DNA from: Thermodesulfovibrio sp. | GTDB taxonomy: Bacteria > Nitrospirota > Thermodesulfovibrionia > Thermodesulfovibrionales > Thermodesulfovibrionaceae | NCBI GenBank assembly: GCA_039630505.1 | Contig: JBCNUV010000023.1 | Coordinates: 52,670 to 116,669 of the forward strand | Direction: 5' to 3' | Length of the DNA stretch: 64,000 nt | Part shown: one piece after another, positions 9,809 through 17,802 of the stretch | How the letters are laid out: every line of letters starts with the position of its first letter | Position numbering within the stretch: the first letter of the stretch is position 1 | The notes under the pieces: generated by a model | Seen by the model: only the letters and a program-made list of their open reading frames with translations | Told to the model about the DNA's origin: nothing | Databases searched by the model: none | Made by a program: the position numbers and the translations under genes

Positions 9809-10495
9809 ATGCTTAAGATAGGAGTTTTAGCATCGGGAAGAGGATCTAATTTCCAGGCAATTATTGATGAGATTGAAGCTGGTAAACTTCCTGCCAAGAT
9901 AGAAATTCTTATAGTTGATAATCCTAATGCCTATGCTATTGAAAGAGCTAAAAAACATGGAATTCCTTATCTTTATATAAATCCAAAGGATTTTCCGACA
10001 AAAGATGCTTTTTATGAAAAAATAAGGGATGAACTTATATCAAGAGGAGTAGAACTTGTAGTATTGGCTGGATTCATGAGAATAGTAAAAAAACCCTTAC
10101 TTGATGCCTTTCCTAATAGGATTATGAATATCCATCCTGCTCTTCTTCCCTCTTTTCCAGGACTTCATGGGCAAAAACAGGCTGTTGATTATGGAGTAAA
10201 AATTAGTGGTTGCACAGTGCATTTTGTTGATGAAGGAGTTGACACTGGTCCTATAATAATTCAAGCTGCTGTACCCGTGCATCCTGATGATACAGAAGAG
10301 AGTCTTTCTGAGAGAATACTTAAACTGGAACATAAAATATTTCCTGAAGCTATAAGACTTTTTGCAGAAGGAAGACTTAAGGTTGAAGGAAGAAAAGTTA
10401 AAATTTTAGATTATAACTTTCCCGATAAATACTTCACCAATCCAGAGATAAGAGAATATGATAAAGAACAAACCCAAAATCCAAAAAACAGTTAG
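9809..10495 (+). CDS. purN: Phosphoribosylglycinamide formyltransferase PurN
   Basis: 228 aa. Motifs GVLASGRGSN, NIHPALLPSFPG, SGCTVHFVDEGVDTGPII. Has a C-terminal tail of about 25 aa that overlaps rsmD. Confidence 0.9.
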   Translation: MLKIGVLASGRGSNFQAIIDEIEAGKLPAKIEILIVDNPNAYAIERAKKHGIPYLYINPKDFPTKDAFYEKIRDELISRGVELVVLAGFMRIVKKPLLDAFPNRIMNIHPALLPSFPGLHGQKQAVDYGVKISGCTVHFVDEGVDTGPIIIQAAVPVHPDDTEESLSERILKLEHKIFPEAIRLFAEGRLKVEGRKVKILDYNFPDKYFTNPEIREYDKEQTQNPKNS

Positions 10496-10973
10496 ACCAA
10501 CTCCTGCAGTTGTAAGAAAAGCTATTTTTGACATTCTAAGAAACATAGAGGATAAAACATTTGTTGACTTATATGCAGGAAAAGGTTTTGTTGGTATAGA
10601 AGCTTTAAAAAAAGGTGCTAAAAATGTCATATTTGTAGAGAAAAACCCAGTATTATGTATTTTAATAAGGAATTCTCTCAAGAAAAAAAAACTTTTTGAT
10701 AAAGCCAAAGTTTATAACATGGATGCTTTGGATTTTCTCAGAGATACTTCACAAGAGTATGACATAGTTTTTGCAGATCCTCCATATGAGTCAGGCGAAT
10801 TGGAAAGAATATTTAGAATTCTTGAAAACAAGACTCCAATAAAAATAGATGGATTCCTGATACTACAACACCATAAAAATGAATCATTAAAGGAAAGACT
10901 CAAAGAGCTTAAGATACATAAATGTTACAGATATGGAGATACTTTTTTAACCTTTTACAGGAGGACAGAATAA
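10458..10973 (+). CDS. rsmD: 16S rRNA (guanine966-N2)-methyltransferase RsmD
   Basis: 171 aa. Motifs RPTPAVVRKAIFDIL, DLYAGKGFVGIEAL, FADPPY. Confidence 0.85.
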   Translation: MIKNKPKIQKTVRPTPAVVRKAIFDILRNIEDKTFVDLYAGKGFVGIEALKKGAKNVIFVEKNPVLCILIRNSLKKKKLFDKAKVYNMDALDFLRDTSQEYDIVFADPPYESGELERIFRILENKTPIKIDGFLILQHHKNESLKERLKELKIHKCYRYGDTFLTFYRRTE

Positions 10974-11458
10974 TGGGAAAAACAGGAGTATATCCAGGCA
11001 CTTTTGATCCTATAACCAATGGACATCTTGATGTAATAAAAAGAGCCCTGAAAATATTTGATGAGTTAATAGTTGCAGTTGCCATATCAAGTTATAAAAA
11101 AAAGCCTATATTTACTGTTGAGGAAAGAATAAATTTCATTATTGAAACCACAAAGGGACTTAAAAACTTAAAAGTTGAGGCTTTTGATGGACTTCTTGTG
11201 GATTTTGTTAGAGAAAAAAAGGCTGTCGCTATTGTAAGAGGCTTAAGAGCAGTATCAGACTATGAGTATGAACTTCAACTTGCTCATGCTAATAGAAAAC
11301 TTTTTAAAGAAATTGAAACAGTGTTTTTAATGCCATCGGAAGAGTATTCTTTTCTTTCTTCAAGTCTTGTTAAAGAAATTGCATATTTTGGTGGTTCTGT
11401 AAAAAACCTTGTTCCATCAATTGTTGAAAAAGCCTTACGAAATAAGTTTAAAAAATAG
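10973..11458 (+). CDS. coaD: Phosphopantetheine adenylyltransferase CoaD
   Basis: Internal ATG overlapping the rsmD TAA was chosen as the start. The protein begins MGKTGVYPGTFDPITNGHLD, the canonical CoaD N-terminus. Later motif RGLRAVSDYEYE. Confidence 0.95.
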   Translation: MGKTGVYPGTFDPITNGHLDVIKRALKIFDELIVAVAISSYKKKPIFTVEERINFIIETTKGLKNLKVEAFDGLLVDFVREKKAVAIVRGLRAVSDYEYELQLAHANRKLFKEIETVFLMPSEEYSFLSSSLVKEIAYFGGSVKNLVPSIVEKALRNKFKK

Positions 11459-11521
11459 TTTGACTATTTCTACTATGTTTTGGTATTGTAAGAGATTAAC
11501 AAGAATTAAAGTTTAAAATCT

Positions 11522-11893
11522 ATGAAAAAGAAAACAAGACAAGAAAGAATTTTAGAGATTAAAAAGAAACTTCTCCAACAAAAACAGCAGATTCTTATGG
11601 ATGCTGGAATTATGCGTTCAAATCTTCCATCAGAAACCAATCTTTCTGAGATAGGAGACTTGGCCTCTCAAGAAGTTGACAGAAACTTTCTTTTAAGATT
11701 AAGAGACAGAGAAAGAAAGCTTTTGAAAAAGATAGAAAAAACTCTGGAAAAGATAAACAATGGCACATATGGAATATGTGAATGTTGTGGAGCAGAAATA
11801 CCAATTGAAAGACTTGAAGCAAGACCAGTGACTGATCTTTGCATTGAATGTAAGACAGAACAAGAAGAGGAAGAAAAACTTAAAGAAAGTTAA
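11522..11893 (+). CDS. DksA/TraR-family C4-type zinc-finger protein
   Basis: 123 aa. Coiled-coil N-terminal part followed by CECCGAEIPIERLEARPVTDLCIECK. Confidence 0.85.
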   Translation: MKKKTRQERILEIKKKLLQQKQQILMDAGIMRSNLPSETNLSEIGDLASQEVDRNFLLRLRDRERKLLKKIEKTLEKINNGTYGICECCGAEIPIERLEARPVTDLCIECKTEQEEEEKLKES

Positions 11894-12707
11894 TATTTAA
11901 AAGTCTTTTAGGATTTATCTCTCCAGCAAGTTTTAGCTTATATTTATCAATATTCAATTTTTCAACTCTCTTTATAATATCACTAAGCCCCATTGAACCT
12001 CCATGAATTTTTTCAACTCCATCTTTTTGCTTTACCATATCAGATACCAAGATAATTCTCTCTTTATTTTTGATTTGAAATATCCATTTCAAAAGTTCAT
12101 CACTTATATGTCTACCATCTGCTATTAGCTCTACATAAATGTCTTGATTAATAAGTCCAAACCCTGCTATTCCTGGCTCTCTATGATGTATTCCCCGCAT
12201 AGCATTAAAAAGATGAGTTATAAGCCGAGCACCAGCTTTATATCCATCTTCTGCTTCTTTATATGTGGCATCTGAATGTCCCATGCTTACAACTATTCCA
12301 GCTTCAGAGCATTTTTCGACTATTTTTAATATATTTGGAAGTTCAGGTGCTACAGTTATTATCTTAACAATATCTTCCATGCCATCAATCAATCTATAAA
12401 AAACTTCAATATCAGGTTGCAAAAAATAATCACGGTTTAATGCTCCTGATTTTTCAGGATTTAAAAAAGGACCTTCAAGATAGGCTCCAAGTATCTTTGC
12501 TCCTTCAGTTTGAAACTCCATTGCTTTTTTGATATTTAAAAGAGTTTTTCTCATAAAACTGATTTCAGATGGATAAACTGTAACTAAAAAGGCATCAATG
12601 CCCATTGAGCCATAATCTTTTGCGAGAGAGAGAATTTCTTCATAAGATTCAATCTCTTTAATATCTATCTTATTTGTTCCGTGAAAGTGGATATCAATCA
12701 AAGACAT
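11880..12707 (-). CDS. Amidohydrolase, N-acetylglucosamine-6-phosphate deacetylase (NagA)-like but truncated
   Basis: 275 aa. NagA blocks in order: IDIHFHG, YLEGPFLNPEKSGA, TVAPE, MGHSDA, THLFNAM, HREPG, ELIADGRH, LVSD. Lacks the roughly 50-aa N-terminal beta-sandwich and part of the C-terminus of a typical NagA of about 380 aa. Confidence 0.7.
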   Translation of the reverse strand: MSLIDIHFHGTNKIDIKEIESYEEILSLAKDYGSMGIDAFLVTVYPSEISFMRKTLLNIKKAMEFQTEGAKILGAYLEGPFLNPEKSGALNRDYFLQPDIEVFYRLIDGMEDIVKIITVAPELPNILKIVEKCSEAGIVVSMGHSDATYKEAEDGYKAGARLITHLFNAMRGIHHREPGIAGFGLINQDIYVELIADGRHISDELLKWIFQIKNKERIILVSDMVKQKDGVEKIHGGSMGLSDIIKRVEKLNIDKYKLKLAGEINPKRLLNINFL

Positions 12708-12722
12708 GTTTTATCATAACAT

Positions 12723-13415
12723 ATGCTAATTAAATCAGGGAAAATTAACATAGAAAACTTACTTATAAAGATAAAAAATCTTCCAACATCAGTAAAAATC
12801 ACAGAAATATCAAAGTATTTTCTCGGTATTCCTTATAAAAAAAACTCTCTTATAGGTAGTGTCTCTGAAAAAGAACAGCTCATTATTGACTTTGAAGGAG
12901 TTGATTGTATGACTTTTATTGAGTATGTAGAGGCATTAAGATCGTCCGATACCTATCAATCTTTTATTGAAAACTTAAAGTATGTGAGATATTTCAATGG
13001 AGTTGTTGATTTTAAAAAAAGAAGACATTTTTTTACTGATTGGGTAAACTTAAAAACAGTAAAGAACATAACAGCACACCTAACAAGAAATTACTTGACA
13101 GTTAAGAAAGAACTTAACAAAAAAGATGCTGGATTATGGATTGATGGATTAGACCCTAAAATTAGAATCATCAAATATATTCCCTCAGAGTATATAGGTA
13201 AAATTATTTCTCAACTAAAATCAGGTGACTACTGTGGATTCTATACTTCCCAAGAAGGACTCGATGTTACCCATGTAGGAATATTAATAGTCCAAGAAAG
13301 AAGTATTAAACTTAGACATGCCTCAAGCCATAAATCATGCGTATTAGATGAAGATTTTATAGAATACTCAAAACAAAAAGAAGGTATAATAATCTTTAGA
13401 CCTAAGGAAATTTAA
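12723..13415 (+). CDS. DUF1460-family protein (amidase-like fold family)
   Basis: 230 aa. The FLGIPYKKNSLIG ... VDCMTFIEYVEAL pattern is recalled as typical of DUF1460. Assigned by eye only. Confidence 0.55.
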   Translation: MLIKSGKINIENLLIKIKNLPTSVKITEISKYFLGIPYKKNSLIGSVSEKEQLIIDFEGVDCMTFIEYVEALRSSDTYQSFIENLKYVRYFNGVVDFKKRRHFFTDWVNLKTVKNITAHLTRNYLTVKKELNKKDAGLWIDGLDPKIRIIKYIPSEYIGKIISQLKSGDYCGFYTSQEGLDVTHVGILIVQERSIKLRHASSHKSCVLDEDFIEYSKQKEGIIIFRPKEI

Positions 13416-13417
13416 GG

Positions 13418-14296
13418 ATGGTATATCTTCATGAAAGAAGAAAACAGATACAAAAGGTTCTTTTAATTACGCTTTTATTAAATTTTACTGTTTCCTTATT
13501 AAAAATAATCTACGGATGGATTATAAACTCTGTAGCTATATATTCAGATGGATTTCACTCACTTTTTGACGGAATCTCCAATATAGGAGGACTGATTGCT
13601 CTTTCTATAGCAAGTCATCCTCCTGATAAAGAACATCCCTATGGACATAGAAAGTTTGAAACAGTTTTCGCAATCTTTATAGGAGTTTTAATGTGTCTTA
13701 CAGCATTAGAAATACTCAGAAATGCTTATAAATCCCTTGTTGAAACAAGAAAACCTGAAATAGACGAAAAAACCTTTATTGTTTTATCTACCACTCTCAT
13801 AATTAATATTTTTGTATACCTTTATGAAAAGAAAAAGGGAAAGGAACTTAAAAGTGAATTCCTTATAGCTGATTCACTTCACACAAAGGCTGATATATAT
13901 ATTACTATGGGAGTAATATTAAGCGTAATTATATCAAAAATAACAGAATTTTCAATTATTGATCCTTTAGCAGGCTTAACAGTAGGAATATTTGTAGCTC
14001 GAGAGGCTATACTAATCATAAAGGAATCTGCCCATATTCTTGCTGATAGAACAGCCATTGATAGTGAAAAAATTGCACGTGTTATTAGAGAATGCATAGA
14101 TGTTAAAGCATGTAAAGATATAAGAACAAGAGGAACAGCCGGACAAATATTTGTTGATTTAAAGATCTTGGTAAACCCTGCTATATCTGTCTCTGAGGCT
14201 CATGATATTGCAGATAAAGTCGAAAAGATTATAAAAAAAGAATTTCCTGATGTTATTGATGTAATAGTTCATGTAGAACCCTCGGAAAAGGACTAA
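13418..14296 (+). CDS. Cation diffusion facilitator (CDF) family metal efflux transporter
   Basis: 292 aa with six TM segments. SDGFHSLFDG and ADSLHTKADI metal-site motifs. Cytoplasmic C-terminal domain ending VIVHVEP. Confidence 0.9.
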   Translation: MVYLHERRKQIQKVLLITLLLNFTVSLLKIIYGWIINSVAIYSDGFHSLFDGISNIGGLIALSIASHPPDKEHPYGHRKFETVFAIFIGVLMCLTALEILRNAYKSLVETRKPEIDEKTFIVLSTTLIINIFVYLYEKKKGKELKSEFLIADSLHTKADIYITMGVILSVIISKITEFSIIDPLAGLTVGIFVAREAILIIKESAHILADRTAIDSEKIARVIRECIDVKACKDIRTRGTAGQIFVDLKILVNPAISVSEAHDIADKVEKIIKKEFPDVIDVIVHVEPSEKD

Positions 14297-14610
14297 AGTA
14301 ATGATTCTGAATCAAAAGATTTTAAAGAGTTTAAATATTGCTCCCACTCTATTGGAAGCATATATTTTTTCTTATTATTACAATCCTTACAGGCAGCAAC
14401 TATATTACTTTTGACTGATTTTCCGCCTCTTATTATAGGTACTACATGATCCATTGTTAACTTATTTTCTGGAACCTCTTTCCCACAGTAGTAACATCTT
14501 CTCTTTGCAACTTTTCTACGCCACCATGAGCTATTTCTAAGAATTTTTGCCTTTTGTTTTTCGATCTTTATTTCTTCCTCAGTTACAGATGGAATAAAAA
14601 AATTTTCCAT
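14293..14610 (-). CDS. Small HNH endonuclease-domain protein
   Basis: Internal start (MENFF...) chosen because it sits 1 nt after the upstream gene's stop. Zn-finger/HNH motifs: CYYCG ... DHVVPIIRGG ... NIVAACKDCNNKK. Confidence 0.75.
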   Translation of the reverse strand: MENFFIPSVTEEEIKIEKQKAKILRNSSWWRRKVAKRRCYYCGKEVPENKLTMDHVVPIIRGGKSVKSNIVAACKDCNNKKKYMLPIEWEQYLNSLKSFDSESLL

Positions 14611-14611
14611 T

Positions 14612-14890
14612 TTAGCGTACAAATCTCTTTTTTTCCTCTTCTTCAAAAAATTTTTTATAGAGAATATTCCACTCCGGACTTCCCTCAATCACTTTTTTTG
14701 AAAATGATTGAAGTTTTCTTCTTACAACTTCATCAATTGCTTCACCAATTTTTAAAGCCTGTATAAAACTTCTTTTAATCTCTCTTCTTACCTCTTGCTC
14801 TTCAACTTTTAGTTTAATTAGTCCTTTATTTATTAAACCATTAAATAAAATATGTGAAGTGTGAGTTATTTTTTCATCTGAAAGCATCAT
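14612..14890 (-). CDS. DUF507-like small protein (copy 2)
   Basis: 92 aa, highly charged and helical. Paralogous in length and pattern to the upstream 93-aa ORF, with an overlapping start/stop. Family name is recalled, not verified. Confidence 0.55.
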   Translation of the reverse strand: MMLSDEKITHTSHILFNGLINKGLIKLKVEEQEVRREIKRSFIQALKIGEAIDEVVRRKLQSFSKKVIEGSPEWNILYKKFFEEEEKKRFVR

Positions 14891-15168
14891 AACACTAAAT
14901 TCCTCTGTTTAACAAGTTTTTGTTTTGTCATTTCAAAGAGCTTTCTGTAGTCTAATTTGCCTTTTTCTATTTCAGCTTCATACTTTTTAAGGAGTTCTCT
15001 TATTTCCTCATTAAGCCTGTCTTCAACCATTAGTTCATCCAAAATAAGTTGCTCAGCTTCCTTTAGAAGTTGCTCCTTGGGAACCATCATCTCTATCATA
15101 TCCTTTTTTAAAAGGTTTTCTATTATATTACTTGCTATGTATGGTATCCAAGTTTTAGGTATTCTCAT
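14887..15168 (-). CDS. DUF507-like small protein (copy 1)
   Basis: 93 aa. NIIENLLKKDMIEM in this copy parallels NGLINKGLIKL in the neighbouring paralogue. Lies 6 nt downstream of rpsR. Confidence 0.55.
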   Translation of the reverse strand: MRIPKTWIPYIASNIIENLLKKDMIEMMVPKEQLLKEAEQLILDELMVEDRLNEEIRELLKKYEAEIEKGKLDYRKLFEMTKQKLVKQRNLVL

Positions 15169-15174
15169 ATTCTC

Positions 15175-15408
15175 TTAAATCTCAATATAAGGTAATAAAG
15201 CTACAGATCTTGCTCTTTTAATTGCCTTTGTAAGCTGTCTCTGATGCGCAGCACATGTTCCTGTCATCTTTCGTGAAAGAATCTTCCCACGCTCAGTCAT
15301 AAATCCTCTTAGTAATTTAACATTCTTGTAATCAATAAAATCAATTTTTTCTGCACAAAACTTACAGTATTTTTTTCTAAAAAATCTTCTTTGAGTTGTC
15401 TGTTGCAC
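15175..15408 (-). CDS. rpsR: 30S ribosomal protein S18
   Basis: 77 aa. Motifs [36 protein letters not shown] and [12 protein letters not shown]. Confidence 0.95.
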   Translation of the reverse strand: MQQTTQRRFFRKKYCKFCAEKIDFIDYKNVKLLRGFMTERGKILSRKMTGTCAAHQRQLTKAIKRARSVALLPYIEI

Positions 15409-15422
15409 CCTTACCTCCCTCT

Positions 15423-15809
15423 TTAAAATGGTTCTAAATCTGAAAATTCTTCTGGTGGAATCTGGTTAAAATCTTCAGGTTGAGTAGATTCTCTCTTGGG
15501 AAAGAATCTTATACTATTTGCAATTACTTCAAATTTGCTCTTTTTTTGTCCTTCATACTCCCATCTTCTTTCTCTTAAACGTCCTTCAACTAATACAGTC
15601 CTACCTTTGTTCAAATACTGAGTACATGTTTCAGCTTGTTTACCAAATACTATCGCATCAATAAATAAAGTCTCTTCTTTAATATCTTCACCTTGTTTGT
15701 ATCTTGAGTTAACAGCTATCGGCACGGTAGCAACTGCTACTCCAGAGGGTGTATATCTTATCTCAGGGTCTCTTGTAAGATTTCCTATGAGTATTATTCT
15801 ATTAAACAT
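15423..15809 (-). CDS. ssb: Single-stranded DNA-binding protein
   Basis: 128 aa. [25 protein letters not shown]-fold N-terminus and an acidic C-terminal tip (FSDLEPF). Confidence 0.95.
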   Translation of the reverse strand: MFNRIILIGNLTRDPEIRYTPSGVAVATVPIAVNSRYKQGEDIKEETLFIDAIVFGKQAETCTQYLNKGRTVLVEGRLRERRWEYEGQKKSKFEVIANSIRFFPKRESTQPEDFNQIPPEEFSDLEPF

Positions 15810-15813
15810 CTCT

Positions 15814-16176
15814 CTATACCTTAGATGTTAATTCTGAATGCTCTATTGGAATTCCTTTTATTTCAGGTGGCAAAGAAGCAATCTGATGCTTTGTAAGCTT
15901 AAGAATCATGAATTTAAAAACATTCTCATAAACTCTGTAAAATTCTTCTATCTTTCTTATTAAAGAAGCTGGAGCTTTAAATAGAAATAAAACATAGTAT
16001 CCCATCGTTTGCTTATTAAGTTTATAGGCAAGCTTTCTTTTGCCCCAGTTATCAACCTTTAAAACTTCTCCACCATTTTCAACAATAAAGGATGATATTT
16101 TATTGATTGCCTCTTGAACTTCTTCTTCACTAAGAGTTGGAAGAAGGAGAACCATATTTTCATAAAAATTATTCAT
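15814..16176 (-). CDS. rpsF: 30S ribosomal protein S6
   Basis: Start set at the internal ATG preceded by GGAGGTTATGTA. The protein begins MNNFYENMVLLLP and contains WGKRKLAY, typical of S6. Confidence 0.9.
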   Translation of the reverse strand: MNNFYENMVLLLPTLSEEEVQEAINKISSFIVENGGEVLKVDNWGKRKLAYKLNKQTMGYYVLFLFKAPASLIRKIEEFYRVYENVFKFMILKLTKHQIASLPPEIKGIPIEHSELTSKV

Positions 16177-16201
16177 TACATAACCTCCATCTGGACTTTT
16201 A

Positions 16202-16224
16202 GCCCTTATCATCAAGATAAGGGC
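16202..16224 (-). promoter_or_regulatory. Perfect 9-bp stem / 5-nt loop hairpin in the rpsF 5' leader
   Basis: GCCCTTATC-(5 nt)-GATAAGGGC, about 25 nt upstream of the rpsF ATG. No U-tract follows it on either strand, so it is not a classical terminator. Confidence 0.35.
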
Positions 16225-16272
16225 ATGGAGTAAACAAAAGTTACAACTATTTTTATAACATATTTATCACTT

Positions 16273-17175
16273 TTAAATCAAACTATAATACTTTAGCTTT
16301 TTATTAAGCGTATTTCTGTTTATTCCCAGAATCTTTGCAGCTTTTACTTGATTCCCTCCTGTCTCATTGATTGTAAGAGTAAGCAATGCTTTTTCAACTT
16401 CTTGTATAACCGTCTCATAGAGATTGGAGTTTCCAATATTTGCAAATTCCTTCAAAAGATTACCAAGTTTTAATTCAAGAAAATTCTTTATAGAAAGTTT
16501 ATCACTATACTCACCAAACAAATCCTTAGATGTAAGCCTATGGTGTCTTGAAAGAAGACAGGCTTTAGTTAAACATTGCTTTAACTGATATGCATTCTCT
16601 GTCCATGAATAATCCAATAAAGCTTCCTGAGCATCCTTTGAAAGCTCTTTTTTAGGAAGCTTTAAAAATTCTGAAATTTCTTGAAGAAAAAAATTAGCAA
16701 GAGGAATAATATCTTGTTTTCTTTCTCTTAAAGGTGGAATATAGATTTTTTTCGAGTTTAATAAAAGTTCATATACTTCAAAGGAGATTTTACCGTTTCT
16801 GTAAAGTTGCTCATATTCATCATCAGCTATAAAAATAGCACATCTAAAGCTCTTTTCAGGATTTAAAAGAAAAGATACGTCAATGTTTTCAAAATTTTGA
16901 ATGATATAAACTGTATTTTTCTGCTTAGATGAAAAAAGTTTTTTATTTAAATCCTCTGGAATTGCAATAATCTCTGGTTGATTTAAATATCCAAGAATTA
17001 TCTTAACAAAGTAATCCTTTTCTGTTCCTTTCTCACCATATAAGAAAAATATCTCATTTTCAAAGGAAAAATTCTTTATTTCCTCTAAAATCCTTCGCAT
17101 CGAAGGACTTTTATATACTTTAGCTAAATATATGGGTAAGTTAGTGTGCTTTATTTCCAACATACTAAATTTCAT
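16273..17175 (-). CDS. Sigma54-activator-like regulator with a degenerate AAA+ core and a Fis-type HTH
   Basis: 300 aa. EBP-like blocks retained: IPPLRERKQDIIPLANFFL and the C-terminal HTH GGNQVKAAKILGINRNTLNKKLK. Walker A is degenerate (GEKGTEK versus GESGTGK). No GAFTGA motif, no clear Walker B, no receiver domain. Confidence 0.65.
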   Translation of the reverse strand: MKFSMLEIKHTNLPIYLAKVYKSPSMRRILEEIKNFSFENEIFFLYGEKGTEKDYFVKIILGYLNQPEIIAIPEDLNKKLFSSKQKNTVYIIQNFENIDVSFLLNPEKSFRCAIFIADDEYEQLYRNGKISFEVYELLLNSKKIYIPPLRERKQDIIPLANFFLQEISEFLKLPKKELSKDAQEALLDYSWTENAYQLKQCLTKACLLSRHHRLTSKDLFGEYSDKLSIKNFLELKLGNLLKEFANIGNSNLYETVIQEVEKALLTLTINETGGNQVKAAKILGINRNTLNKKLKYYSLI

Positions 17176-17184
17176 AGGGCTCTC

Positions 17185-17802
17185 CTACCTATAGAGTCGG
17201 TTTTCTTCAATGTATTCTATAACAGCATCTGGCACTAAATAACGAATGCTTCTGCCATTTTTAAGAATTTCTCTTAACAAAGTGGAGGATGTCCAAAATG
17301 GTGAAACTGATATAAAAAAAGCTTTTTTATCAGAGTTCTTTATTCTAAAACAGTTTTCAGACTCCTTCTCTTCAATAAACTCTGAATTCTCTAAGGTATT
17401 AAAACCAGGTCTTGACATTATAATAAAATCTACCATTTTTAGCAAATCTTCATATCTATACCAAAATTTTAATTCCAAAAACGCATCAATACCCATTATA
17501 AAAAAAAGAGTATCCCTTTCGTAAAGTTCTTTAAAATATTTCAATGTATTAAAAGTATAAGATGTTTTATTCTGTCTCACTTCAATATCTGAAACCTCAA
17601 AAAAAGGATTACCCTTTATTGCCAACTCTGTCATCTTAAGTCTATGCTTAGCATCTATAATTTCCTTTTTTTTTAAGGGAGGCACTCCTGAAGGAATAAA
17701 AATTATTTTATCCAAGTTAAATGCCTCCCTTACTTCCTCTGCTACTCTTAAATGTCCAAAGTGAATAGGATTGAAAGTGCCTCCAAGAAGTCCTATTCTC
17801 AT
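17185..17802 (-). CDS. nadD: Nicotinate-nucleotide adenylyltransferase NadD
   Basis: Start set at MRIGLLGGTFNPIHFGHL, the canonical (H/T)xGH motif, in an ATGA overlap with the proA stop. 205 aa. Confidence 0.9.
   Translation of the reverse strand: MRIGLLGGTFNPIHFGHLRVAEEVREAFNLDKIIFIPSGVPPLKKKEIIDAKHRLKMTELAIKGNPFFEVSDIEVRQNKTSYTFNTLKYFKELYERDTLFFIMGIDAFLELKFWYRYEDLLKMVDFIIMSRPGFNTLENSEFIEEKESENCFRIKNSDKKAFFISVSPFWTSSTLLREILKNGRSIRYLVPDAVIEYIEENRLYR

Noticed and set aside
15814-16215. Longer N-terminal extensions offered by the ORF track for rpsF. The same applies to nadD (17844), proA (19088), coaD (10922), lspA (63459), the HNH gene (14688) and ACT copy 2 (26041).
   Set aside because: Internal ATGs coincide with the conserved protein N-termini. 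They are preceded by GGAGG-type RBSs or form ATGA / 1-nt junctions with the upstream gene. The extensions would overlap neighbouring genes or the leader hairpin.
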